From a bacterium (GTDB taxonomy: Bacteria > Patescibacteriota > Minisyncoccia > Phycocordibacterales > Phycocordibacteraceae): a stretch of 64,000 nt of DNA. The stretch lies in the NCBI GenBank assembly GCA_027311385.1, contig DAICZA010000001.1:5271-69270 (forward strand). The letters are read 5' to 3'. Positions 29,583 through 38,371 of this stretch are shown here, one piece after another. The notes under the pieces were generated by a model. That model was not told the DNA's origin and searched no databases. It was given only the letters and a program-made list of their open reading frames with translations. The position numbers and the translations under genes were made by a program. Positions within the stretch are counted from its first letter, which is position 1. Every line of letters begins with the position of its first letter.

Positions 29583-29821
29583 TACTGCGGCGCGTACTGC
29601 TCGCGCAGGTAGGCGTCAATGTCTGCCGACTCATACATCTCTACGCCGCGCTCGCTATCCACGAGGTACGGCACCTGGCGCTTGCCACCGCGGGCGACCA
29701 GCTCCGCCGCAACCGCGTCGTCCGCAATATTCTTCTCATCAAACGTGAGCCCGAGCTCCGCGCCGGTATCCAGCACCTTGTGGCAGAACGGGCATCCGGT
29801 TTTTACATACAGTGTCAGCAT
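29582..29821 (-). CDS. glutaredoxin-like protein
   Basis: CPFC active site in KTGCPFCHKV, thioredoxin fold size (79 aa). Confidence 0.65.
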   Translation of the reverse strand: MLTLYVKTGCPFCHKVLDTGAELGLTFDEKNIADDAVAAELVARGGKRQVPYLVDSERGVEMYESADIDAYLREQYAPQ

Positions 29822-29833
29822 AGTGAATGAGGA

Positions 29834-30316
29834 TTAGGGTCTCGCATACCGACCGACCAGTTCCGTTTCGGCAAGAAGAAGCGGCGCGAGCGCGTCCAGC
29901 ACCTGCCGTTTCGTCGGCGGTTCATTGAACGAGAGCATGCTCGAAAGCGCGTAAAGTTTGAAGAAGTAGCGGTGCTCGCGCGGCTCGTGCTCGGGCGGCG
30001 GGCACGGACCCACGTAGTGCGGCTCGCCTCTCGTGGTGAGCCCGGACGTGCCTGTCGTCCCGCCCTCGGGAATCCCGGCCGTATCGGCGGGAATGTTGTA
30101 GAGCGTCCAGTGGTCAAACACGTCAATGCCGAACTTCTCCTTCGCGAACTGCGGAATGTCGGGGTCGTCCATAACGAGCACGAACGATTTCGTCCCCTCC
30201 GGCGCACCGCTCCACGCCAAGGGCGGCGAGAGCTCGCCATCGCCGTCGCAGGTGTATTTCGCGGGTATCATCCCGTCGTGCTCAAATGCCGGGCTGGTAA
30301 GGGTGAACGTTTCCAT
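29834..30316 (-). CDS. YbhB/YbcL family (PEBP-like) protein
   Basis: GELSPPLAWSGAPEGTKSFVLVMDDPD...HRYFFKLYAL motifs; start at METFTLT. Confidence 0.75.
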   Translation of the reverse strand: METFTLTSPAFEHDGMIPAKYTCDGDGELSPPLAWSGAPEGTKSFVLVMDDPDIPQFAKEKFGIDVFDHWTLYNIPADTAGIPEGGTTGTSGLTTRGEPHYVGPCPPPEHEPREHRYFFKLYALSSMLSFNEPPTKRQVLDALAPLLLAETELVGRYARP

Positions 30317-30320
30317 AGGA

Positions 30321-30695
30321 TTATTTTGACGCACGGGCGCCGAAGTAACAAGCCTCGACGTTATTCCCGTCGGCGTCGTGAACAAATGCGGCATAGTAAT
30401 TCGGGCCGTAGTCGCGGCGGAATCCCGGGGCGCCGTTATCTTTGGCGCCGGCCTTGAGCGCAGCCGCGTAGAAATCCTGTACCGCCTTTTTGCTTCTCGC
30501 TCGAAACGCGATGTGCGTGGCTTGCGGCCGCTTCTGCACTGCAATGATGAAGCTCGCGTGCCCTCCTTCCATAAAGCCGGCGGCGTCCGGCGCCCATTCG
30601 TACTTCAGCTTGTAGCCGAGCGGCTTCAGCGCAGCGGTGTAGAACTGCACCGCCCTGCGATAATCGCTCACCGGAATTGAGACATGCTCAATCAT
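30321..30695 (-). CDS. VOC (glyoxalase/bleomycin-resistance) family protein
   Basis: MIEHVSIPVSD...AFVHDADGNNVEA typical of the VOC fold. Confidence 0.6.
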   Translation of the reverse strand: MIEHVSIPVSDYRRAVQFYTAALKPLGYKLKYEWAPDAAGFMEGGHASFIIAVQKRPQATHIAFRARSKKAVQDFYAAALKAGAKDNGAPGFRRDYGPNYYAAFVHDADGNNVEACYFGARASK

Positions 30696-30770
30696 GGCGG
30701 CAGTATACCATTGCGACATAGCATTTTTCGGTTAGTATACGAATACGCCCCTGCAAAGGGGCTAATAGAT

Positions 30771-30919
30771 TCCGCGGGAGCTCAGTGGTAAGCCCTCCGG
30801 GCTTTCTGCGTCGGCACTCGGCAGAAATGAATGTGCAGACGCATTCATTCCGCCTCACTTCTCGCAGTAGAGCGGATCGCCTCGAGAACATCGTGCAAGT
30901 TCATCGTCTGCAGTTCCAT
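30771..30919 (+). ncRNA. structured RNA-like region beginning with a 20-nt near-copy of the tRNA-Asn 5' end
   Basis: TCCGCGGGAGCTCAGTGGTA (19/20 identical to nt 30920-30939) followed by hairpins AAGCCC-TCC-GGGCTT and AATGAATG-N8-CATTCATT; does not fold as a complete tRNA. Confidence 0.3.
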
Positions 30920-30953
30920 TCCGCGGTAGCTCAGTGGTAGAGCGGCTCGCTGT

Positions 30954-31518
30954 GGTTAAAGTTCAGAACCCGATGGTATACTGCACAGAGTATGCCAAAA
31001 GAAAAAAGAACTTATGCCGATCGTGCCGAGTATTTGCGTAAGGCCGTTTCCGAACGTCGTAAGAAACTTCGTGAAATGGCGCGCGAATACCGGGGCGGGA
31101 AATGTATGATTTGTGGTTACAAACGGTATTCGGGAGCACTTGATTTCCACCATCGAGACCCCACGAAGAAAGACTTTGGTCTTTCTGTGAAGGGACTTAC
31201 GCGATCGTGGGAGAAAATCAAAATAGAGATTGAGAAATGTGCTCTCGTGTGCGCAAACTGTCATCGCGAAATACATGCAGGCATTACGCAGCTTCCTACA
31301 GAAATGTAGACTGAAAACGAGGTGAATTCGGGGAAACCCTAACAGAGGAAATGCTGTGGGCAATCCCGAGCCAAGTCCCGAGAGTAATCAAGGGAAAGGT
31401 GTAGAGACTATCCCGCAAGGGAGTAGACCGAAAGGTCGAAGCGCCTCGCATCCGACATTTACGAAATGTAAAAAGGATGATGATATAGTCCATCCCGCCA
31501 GTAACGGCGGAACAAATG
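30954..31518 (+). ncRNA. group I intron with embedded HNH homing-endonuclease ORF
   Basis: P7-like pairing (AGACTA...TAGTCC) in the 3' core, omega-G, U at 5' splice site; ORF sits in a peripheral loop. Confidence 0.6.
30992..31309 (+). CDS. HNH homing endonuclease (intron-encoded)
   Basis: CMICGY...HHRDP...CANCHREIH: CxxC/HH/CxxCH zinc-finger HNH motif, 105 aa. Confidence 0.8.
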   Translation: MPKEKRTYADRAEYLRKAVSERRKKLREMAREYRGGKCMICGYKRYSGALDFHHRDPTKKDFGLSVKGLTRSWEKIKIEIEKCALVCANCHREIHAGITQLPTEM

Positions 31519-31716
31519 TAACGAGTTGGTCGTAGGTTCGAATCCTACCCGCGGAGCTAGAAACAGTTAGGCCCTAATGCGAAAGCATCGGGGTCTTACT
31601 GTTTCTCTTCGTCGGTAGGATTCGAAGGCCGGAGGCGGACGCGCCGAGGCGGGGTCGCGCAAAATCTCAGCAGAGATTTATGCGCGACCGAGTCCTGCTC
31701 CCGGAGCCGAGTGAGC

Positions 31717-31752
31717 AAAACAAAAGAGCCCTCTTCAGGCTCTTTTGTTTTC
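31717..31752. terminator. bidirectional terminator-like hairpin (AAAACAAAAGAGCC-tcttca-GGCTCTTTTGTTTT)
   Basis: 14-bp stem flanked by A-run and T-run. Confidence 0.5.
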
Positions 31753-31851
31753 GAGCGAGGCTCCGCGGGTATGCCTACATACCCGCGGAGCAAGGTAGGG
31801 ATGGAAGTGTGATAGCCTTATGGCATACAACGTGGCGCGAGTGGGCAGGTC

Positions 31852-32841
31852 ATGACTATCGTGCTCGTAGCCATTGCCCTAGCCGGTATTGTCGGGGTGT
31901 GTGCGGCCAGCGCGGAGGGCTCCCGGGAGAGCAACCGGGCACTTGACGAGACTTGCACAAAATTGGATTATTATGGAATCATGCGCTCTTCAAGAATTCA
32001 GCAACAGGCGCTCTTCATAACACTCCTGGCGTGTCTCTTGTCTCTCGTCGCCTATAAGGTATGGGGTACCCGGCAGACTCCCGTCTCTCAGACGGCCACG
32101 GTGGCAACTTCTATCGAGTCATGGGGTGAACTGGCTCCCGTGCCGGCAATCCCTGTCCTGTCCGCTGGATTCCCCTACATCGAGATTTTTGACAGCTGCA
32201 ACTGGGCGTACGCGGGCACCTGCGTCAATTTGCGTTCGGGTCCGGGCACGAATTTCCCCGTCGTGATGCAATTGCGGAACAATATAGTACTCAAGGTGGC
32301 GAGCACCACGGTGGTAGACGGCCGCACCTGGTACCAGATTGGCTTTGACGCCGAAATTCGTTACCCCGAACGCGTAACGAGCGATTGGTATGTCGCTGCG
32401 GATTATGCGCGGCTATTCTACGACCCCGGCCTCCTTGCGACGACAACAGGGGTGGACGCTTCGAGTGCCAAGCGGATTGTCATAGACCGCACCAAGGAAA
32501 TGCTCTACGCATACGACGGAGACGCGCTCTTCATGCAGCAAGCCATATCGGTTGGCCTGGAACTCACGCCGACGCCGCGCGGGACTTTCTATATATATCG
32601 CAAGCTGCCCGACAGCTACATGCAAGGCCCGATCCCGGACCTCAGTGACCAGTACTACGACCTGCCCGGTGTCCCGTGGGACCTCTATTTCACCAAGGAC
32701 GGGGGTGCTATCCACGGCGCGTATTGGCACAATAACTTTGGGCGGCCGTGGTCGCACGGATGCGTGAACTTGCCGCCCGCCGCCGCCGAGGTTCTCTACG
32801 AATGGGCCGATCTCGGAACGCCTGTCATCGTGACGGACTAG
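31852..32841 (+). CDS. L,D-transpeptidase (YkuD domain) with SH3b-like domain
   Basis: Catalytic HGAYWHNNFGRPWSHGCVNL motif, SH3_3-like TCVNLRSGPGTNFPVVMQL...WYQIGF; N-terminal TM. Confidence 0.8.
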   Translation: MTIVLVAIALAGIVGVCAASAEGSRESNRALDETCTKLDYYGIMRSSRIQQQALFITLLACLLSLVAYKVWGTRQTPVSQTATVATSIESWGELAPVPAIPVLSAGFPYIEIFDSCNWAYAGTCVNLRSGPGTNFPVVMQLRNNIVLKVASTTVVDGRTWYQIGFDAEIRYPERVTSDWYVAADYARLFYDPGLLATTTGVDASSAKRIVIDRTKEMLYAYDGDALFMQQAISVGLELTPTPRGTFYIYRKLPDSYMQGPIPDLSDQYYDLPGVPWDLYFTKDGGAIHGAYWHNNFGRPWSHGCVNLPPAAAEVLYEWADLGTPVIVTD

Positions 32842-32880
32842 ACGCTTGCCAAGTATCCCTGCATTTGAGATGATTGTTCG

Positions 32881-33606
32881 GTGTTAGCGTTATTTGCCGC
32901 CATCGCAGCGACAGTCACGTGGGTCGCCTTCCCCGCGACGCTCTACGAGGCGCCTACTCGTCCGGCTATTCACCAAGCAACCGCACCGCCGGCATTTTCT
33001 GTTGCACTCGCGCACGCCGAAACTGCCGGGTCTCCATCCATTTCAAAAGCCGCGCCGTCCGCAGCCGCCACAACAGCCGTCCCGAGCGTACCGTTCTTTT
33101 CCCAGTTCGCCGACATCGCTTCGCCTACGTGGCAGAAAGTGGGGTGTGGCATTACGGATCTCACGATGATCATCGATTACTATCATCCGGACGCCGTGTC
33201 GGTAGAAACCATGCTCAAAAAGGGCATCGCCGCGGGTGCCTATGACTACAATGCCGGCTGGATATACCAAGGGTTGATTGACTTGTCGAAGCTGTACGGT
33301 CTTGACGGCGCGTATTACGATCTGACCGCGCTCAATGCGGAAGCCGCATACGCTGCGCTCGCACAACACGTAGAGGCCGGACCGGTCATCGCCTCAGTGC
33401 ACTATAAATTTGACCCCAAGAACACTATTCCACACCTCGTCGTCATCAACGGCATCAAGGACGATATTGTGTACTACAACGATCCCGCCGCGAGGGAGGG
33501 TGCGAAGTCTATCTCTAAGTCAAACTTCCTCAAGGCGTGGAAGAAGAGAATCATTGACTTCCGTCCCTCTACTCAAAGTCGTGGGGTCGCCCTTGATTCA
33601 CACTAG
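32881..33606 (+). CDS. secreted peptidase C39-like (papain-fold) domain protein
   Basis: Signal peptide; Cys in QKVGCGITDLTMII and His in IPHLVVINGI, spaced as in C39-like/BtrH-type peptidases. Confidence 0.5.
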   Translation: MLALFAAIAATVTWVAFPATLYEAPTRPAIHQATAPPAFSVALAHAETAGSPSISKAAPSAAATTAVPSVPFFSQFADIASPTWQKVGCGITDLTMIIDYYHPDAVSVETMLKKGIAAGAYDYNAGWIYQGLIDLSKLYGLDGAYYDLTALNAEAAYAALAQHVEAGPVIASVHYKFDPKNTIPHLVVINGIKDDIVYYNDPAAREGAKSISKSNFLKAWKKRIIDFRPSTQSRGVALDSH

Positions 33607-33675
33607 TGGTACCTCTTGGCATATACATATAGTTTTGATACGGCTTTTTTATTTTCACCCGGGTTCCCTGGCGCG

Positions 33676-34068
33676 CTATGCGCCCTCTTTCAGTGCCGCA
33701 AGCGCTTCCTCTTTTGTTTTAAGAAACGTGATGTTCTCGCGGCTGGAGAGTGCTGAGATTATCTCGCCGGCAAATTTAATCGTCGGGTTCGCACCGAAGC
33801 AGAGCGTCTTTGTTACGTACGGGCGGTCTACCTTCTCAAGATTGGCGAGCAGGAGCATTGCGCTCGGGTCATAGGTGCCGCTCAACTCGGTCAGGTCAAT
33901 GAGAATCGGGAGCGGTCGCGACGCTTTCTCGGATTCCTCGCGGATGAATGCGTTCGCCTTTTTAATATCTTCTTCAAGTAATGGGAGGCGCTCTCCGGTG
34001 AGCTCCCCTTGAATGACCATAAGTATGACTCCGTCCTGAATTGAGACCTCCAGTGGGCGATTTTCCAT
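33676..34068 (-). CDS. STAS-domain protein (anti-sigma-factor antagonist-like)
   Basis: 130 aa, LPILIDLTELSGTYDPSAMLLLANL pattern resembling SpoIIAA/RsbV. Confidence 0.45.
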   Translation of the reverse strand: MENRPLEVSIQDGVILMVIQGELTGERLPLLEEDIKKANAFIREESEKASRPLPILIDLTELSGTYDPSAMLLLANLEKVDRPYVTKTLCFGANPTIKFAGEIISALSSRENITFLKTKEEALAALKEGA

Positions 34069-34261
34069 AGAATAAGTGTACCATCGCTCTCTGTCCGCAC
34101 GAGGTTATCCCCACGTCGCTTGCGGCGGTCTGACAGCCCGCGAGCCATTGACAAACACATTTATAGAGTGTATAAACAACGCCAGGTGGTTTCTAAGCCT
34201 AACCGGGGTTTCTCCTTTGGAGATGCCCCACCGACAGTTGTCCTTTGATGGGAGACATACC

Positions 34262-35179
34262 ATGAAAATGCGTGTTTTGGCGGTCCTCGCGACCGTGATG
34301 TTGTTATTCGGGTGCGGTGGTGGCGGAGGTGGGAGTAGTGATTCGGCGGCTCCGGCCGCTCAAAATCCGTCTTCCTCAACTACTTCCACTGCTGAAGTAA
34401 AAGCACTCTCGACCACACCGGCAAAAGGTGCGGTCGTTCCCCCGGATTCGTTTTCGGGAGTCACGTATCAATTCAGCGGTGCCCTTGACCCGGCGAGTGT
34501 GAAGGCGGCAGGAAACATAACCCTGTGGGCCGGCGCGTCCGGTATCCCCGGGAATGCTGTTCCCCTCACGGTCACAGTAAGCGCTGACGGCAAGTCGTTC
34601 ACCGTTACCACGACGGGGAAGTTGAACTACTCGCAACCGTACGTGCTTACCGTAAAAGGTCTGACCGATTCGCTCGGCCGTCCGATCCAGGTAGACGACC
34701 TAGCCTTCAGCACCACGGGTCTGGACTGCACCGGGCTCACTGCCTGGTCCACGGACTACGAGACATGCAAATACCCCGTTGGGACACAAATCGTTAGCAT
34801 CAAGCAACTGCAAGACAGCAGTTGCACCAGCGATAAGTGGACCTGGGACAATGCGTGTTTCGTCACCGCTGTTCACAACGGAACGGTGCAAATTGCCGAG
34901 TCGCTCGACATAGCAGAGAACGACGACCCGGTGATATTCGCATTGTTTGCGGATGCCGCCGATGTAAACGTCATCCTGCCCTTTGACGTCGTTAACCCGA
35001 AAGCTCCGAAACCAATCGGCGGGAATATCCTCGCCGGATTGCCGGGAGCAGTCATCAATTGGGCAACCGGAAACATGGGAATCCGCCTGAATCTTAGCGG
35101 CATCCCTACCGTAGGTCTGTATCAGTTCATGTATAACCCGACGAACAAGGCCTTCGTCGGCGAACTTGTGACGCCGTAA
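34262..35179 (+). CDS. lipoprotein with Ig-like domain
   Basis: Signal + lipobox LLFGCGGGGG, Gly/Ser linker, Big-like segment (SFSGVTYQFSGALDPASV). Confidence 0.5.
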   Translation: MKMRVLAVLATVMLLFGCGGGGGGSSDSAAPAAQNPSSSTTSTAEVKALSTTPAKGAVVPPDSFSGVTYQFSGALDPASVKAAGNITLWAGASGIPGNAVPLTVTVSADGKSFTVTTTGKLNYSQPYVLTVKGLTDSLGRPIQVDDLAFSTTGLDCTGLTAWSTDYETCKYPVGTQIVSIKQLQDSSCTSDKWTWDNACFVTAVHNGTVQIAESLDIAENDDPVIFALFADAADVNVILPFDVVNPKAPKPIGGNILAGLPGAVINWATGNMGIRLNLSGIPTVGLYQFMYNPTNKAFVGELVTP

Positions 35180-35191
35180 AGGACCGGCGTC

Positions 35192-35232
35192 AAAAGCCCC
35201 CTCCGCTGTAGTGCGGCGGGGGCTTTTTGTTT
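35192..35232. terminator. bidirectional terminator (AAAAGCCCCCTCCGC...CGGCGGGGGCTTTT)
   Basis: 14-bp GC-rich stem with flanking A/T runs between convergent genes. Confidence 0.55.
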
Positions 35233-35238
35233 ATACCG

Positions 35239-36294
35239 CTACTTCCCTTGCCCGTAATATTTCTTCAGGAGCGCGACGTGCTCCGCGTACGTATCGCTGC
35301 AGTGGATATTCCCCGCTTGGTCGTTGAAATAGTAGAGGCACGACGTCTGGAGCGGGTTAAGCGCGGCCAATACCGCGGCGACCGAAGGATTCGCGATGGG
35401 CGTCGGCGGCAGTCCGGAATGCAGGTAGGTGTTGTACGGCGAGCGGCGGTACATATCTGCGGGCACAACCGTCGGCCACCAGCTGGTGGCCGCCGCGGTA
35501 TTCGCTTTTGCATACTGGAGGGTGGAATCTATCTGCAGATTCATGTTGGCAAACAGGCGGTTCCAAATGATGCCGGAGACGAGCCGCATATCGGTGGTAC
35601 CGATGGTTTCGCGCTCTATGAGCGAGGCGATAGTGAGCGCTTCGGAGAGCGGTACCACGGCGGCCGTGCTCGTCGCGTAGTGATTCAGAACGTCTTGCGT
35701 AAAGCGCTCGTTCACGAGCGCCTGCACGGCCTGCGGCGCCATCCCGACGGTGACGAGGTACGTCCCGGGTGCAAACGAGCCCTCAACAAGCGGCAGCGAC
35801 GAAGTCGCTGTGGCGGTGAGGAACTTCTTCTTCTGCGCGGCGTTCCACGAGAGCGCTTTCCCGAACATCTCCGCCGCCTGCTCCTTGCGCATCCCCGGCG
35901 CGATGGTGACGAACCGGCCGTCCGCCGCCGCGAGGTCCTGGTACGCCGCCGTTCCGGCGATAGTCAGCGCCAGCCACCGGAACGCGCTCCAGAGCGCGTT
36001 CCCGGTGTCCCCTACCGCCGCCGCAAGCGGAGAATTGGGATTCTCAAGAAACGCATTCACCTGCGGGTCTTCCACAATCAGCTTGTCCTTGGGATACACC
36101 GTCACGGGAAACGGCGCCGACGCGGACGAATGAGATTGTTCGTACTGAACGGAGAGCGTAAAAAAGAACGGGACGGCATACAGCACGGCACACGTGACGG
36201 CTACCGCGAGCGCGCCGCTCCAGAGCAACCGCGAGAAGCGGCTTTTCGTATTTTGTTGCGGACGGCTTTTAGAATCACTTGGTATTGTTTTCAT
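35239..36294 (-). CDS. mltG: endolytic murein transglycosylase MltG (YceG family)
   Basis: N-terminal TM, conserved YNTYLHSGLPPTPIANP motif. Confidence 0.85.
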   Translation of the reverse strand: MKTIPSDSKSRPQQNTKSRFSRLLWSGALAVAVTCAVLYAVPFFFTLSVQYEQSHSSASAPFPVTVYPKDKLIVEDPQVNAFLENPNSPLAAAVGDTGNALWSAFRWLALTIAGTAAYQDLAAADGRFVTIAPGMRKEQAAEMFGKALSWNAAQKKKFLTATATSSLPLVEGSFAPGTYLVTVGMAPQAVQALVNERFTQDVLNHYATSTAAVVPLSEALTIASLIERETIGTTDMRLVSGIIWNRLFANMNLQIDSTLQYAKANTAAATSWWPTVVPADMYRRSPYNTYLHSGLPPTPIANPSVAAVLAALNPLQTSCLYYFNDQAGNIHCSDTYAEHVALLKKYYGQGK

Positions 36295-36300
36295 ATGAGC

Positions 36301-36894
36301 TCAAGCCGAGGGCATAAAGAGCAGGCTGACGAGTGCGAAGAGTATCGCGCTGTAGAGGCCCCACGTCGCCGCGACGAGGAAAAATGTTGGCCCCCCGAGA
36401 ACGTAGATGAACAAGAACAGCAGCGCGAACGACTGGAGCACCATTTTCACCTTCCCCGTCGCGTTCGCCCCCGCGCTCCGGCCGTATGCGTACCGGTACA
36501 CGGCCCGCGCGCTAAGGACAACCTCAAGGAAGATAATGAGCGCCGCCACGCCGATGCCTATGTACCGCGTGACGAGGATGAGCGCAGTAGAGCCGATGAG
36601 CAGTTTGTCGGCCAAGGGGTCGGCAATCTTCCCCCAGCGGGTTATCTGGCCGCGCGTGCGCGCCATCGCCCCGTCAAGCGCGTCGGTGAGCGCGGCGGCG
36701 GCGAACACCGCCGCGCCCCACGCATAACTCTGCACCAAGAGGAGCGTGATGACGATAGGGACGGACACGAACCGCACGACCGTCACCGAGTTCGGCGAGA
36801 CCGAACGCGGAATGAGCCGCAGTATCGTGGCGCGCAAGAAGTCGTCGGCAATCTTCAGATGCGGCCCTGCTTGCTGTCTCGTGTGTCCGCTCAT
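36301..36894 (-). CDS. pgsA: CDP-alcohol phosphatidyltransferase (PgsA-like)
   Basis: DALDGAMAR...G...GKIADPLADK signature (D-G-x2-A-R...G-x3-D-x3-D); start at MSGHTRQ. Confidence 0.8.
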   Translation of the reverse strand: MSGHTRQQAGPHLKIADDFLRATILRLIPRSVSPNSVTVVRFVSVPIVITLLLVQSYAWGAAVFAAAALTDALDGAMARTRGQITRWGKIADPLADKLLIGSTALILVTRYIGIGVAALIIFLEVVLSARAVYRYAYGRSAGANATGKVKMVLQSFALLFLFIYVLGGPTFFLVAATWGLYSAILFALVSLLFMPSA

Positions 36895-37290
36895 AGCTGT
36901 CTCTCTGTTATACACCATCGGGAAGCGTTCCCTCGCCTTTCTGCGCGCAAACTCGTGCACAAACAACCGGACACATTGCGATAATGAATAGTTCGTGGTA
37001 CTATCAAGGGATGAAATCGCCCGATGTAGACCGACTGCGGAGCGAGAAGCCGATTTCTTTTTCAGACTTCTTGCAGTCATACAACGAGAATCTCCCCGCG
37101 GCGTTCCCGCGCGCCTCGCTCGCGCTCCTGCGCGAGTTCAAGAAAGCGAACGCGTCGCTCTTTAAGGAAGGCAACCTGTGGTCGCTTGACCAGCACCGCA
37201 AAAAAGTGATGGACTGGCTCACGTCACGGCAGCTGAAACAGCTCTGAGGATACCGCCTGCGGCACACCGCGGCCGTGCTACGCTGGAGGT

Positions 37291-38310
37291 ATGGATACCC
37301 ATCGGGTAGAAAGCAATTCCCTCCTCGCGCTCTTTCTCGGCGCCTCCATTCTTCTCTTTTTCGTCTTCGCGCCGTTCTTCGCGGCTCTGTCGCTCGCCGC
37401 AGTCTTTGCGATACTCCTCCACGCGCCGTACGAGAAACTGGTCCGCCTTTTCGGCGGATGGAAGAGCGCGGCCGCCCTGCTCACCGTCGGCGTGATGCTT
37501 ATCTTCTTTATCGTACCGCTCTTCTTCCTGGGAACGCAGATCGCCCAGGAAGCGCACGGGCTCTACACGGGAATGAACGGAAACGGAGCGCAGTACGTGC
37601 AAACGCTCCAGACGGCGGCTGAGCATCCGCTCCAGCAGATATTCCCCGGCTTCGTATTCAACTTGAATGCGTACATCGGGAACACGCTTGTCTTCATCTC
37701 GGATAATCTCGGGTCGCTCATCTACCAGACGCTGTACGTGCTCTTTGAAACATTCCTGATGCTCTTCGCTCTCTTCTTCTTCCTGCGCGACGGACGCGGC
37801 TTCCTCGCGGCATTCGCGCGGATAAGCCCGTTCGGGAAAGATACGACAAACGACATTCTGGACAAGATGTACCGGACCATCCAGGCGGTGATGCAGGCGA
37901 CGCTGTTCGTGGCGCTTGCCCGCTGGATATGTCTCGGCATCGCGTTCACGCTCTTCGGCATACCGAATGCGCTCCTCTGGAGCAGTGTCGGCGCCCTTCT
38001 CGGAATGATTCCCGGCGTCGGGACGCCCGTCGCCCTCGTCGGCGCGGTCGCGTATCTGTACCTCCTCGGCAATCTTCCCGCCGCGGTTCTCCTCGCACTG
38101 CTTGGCATCGTCATCGTCGTGCTTGTGGACAACTTGCTCACGTCGTACTTCTTCAGCAGGGGACTCCAGGTATCGCCGGTGTTTATCCTGTTCTCGCTCC
38201 TCGGCGGCATCGTCTTCTTCGGGCCGGTCGGGTTCGTACTCGGGCCGCTCATTCTTTCAGTATTCCTCTCCGTCATCCGCGTCTACGGCCGCGAAGAAAA
38301 TAGGGCCTGA
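37291..38310 (+). CDS. AI-2E family transporter (PerM/YdiK-like)
   Basis: 8 predicted TM helices, conserved central loop of UPF0118/AI-2E family. Confidence 0.8.
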   Translation: MDTHRVESNSLLALFLGASILLFFVFAPFFAALSLAAVFAILLHAPYEKLVRLFGGWKSAAALLTVGVMLIFFIVPLFFLGTQIAQEAHGLYTGMNGNGAQYVQTLQTAAEHPLQQIFPGFVFNLNAYIGNTLVFISDNLGSLIYQTLYVLFETFLMLFALFFFLRDGRGFLAAFARISPFGKDTTNDILDKMYRTIQAVMQATLFVALARWICLGIAFTLFGIPNALLWSSVGALLGMIPGVGTPVALVGAVAYLYLLGNLPAAVLLALLGIVIVVLVDNLLTSYFFSRGLQVSPVFILFSLLGGIVFFGPVGFVLGPLILSVFLSVIRVYGREENRA

Positions 38311-38320
38311 TGGCCCGCAG

Positions 38321-38360
38321 AAAACGCGGCCGCCCCTCTCGGGGCGGCCGCGTTTCTTTC
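38321..38360. terminator. bidirectional terminator (AAAACGCGGCCGCCCC-tctc-GGGGCGGCCGCGTTT)
   Basis: 16-bp perfect stem. Confidence 0.55.
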
Positions 38361-38371
38361 TCTCTTATTCC

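Larger units (their letters stand above)
30920..31556 (+). tRNA. tRNA-Asn (GUU) interrupted in the anticodon loop by a 565-nt group I intron
   Basis: Exon 1 TCCGCGG-TA-GCTC-AGTGGTA-GAGC-G-GCTCG-CTGT (30920-30953) and exon 2 TAA-CGAGT-TGGTC-GTAGG-TTCGAAT-CCTAC-CCGCGGA-G (31519-31556). Spliced anticodon loop CUGUUAA; exon 1 ends in U and the intron ends in G. Confidence 0.7.
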
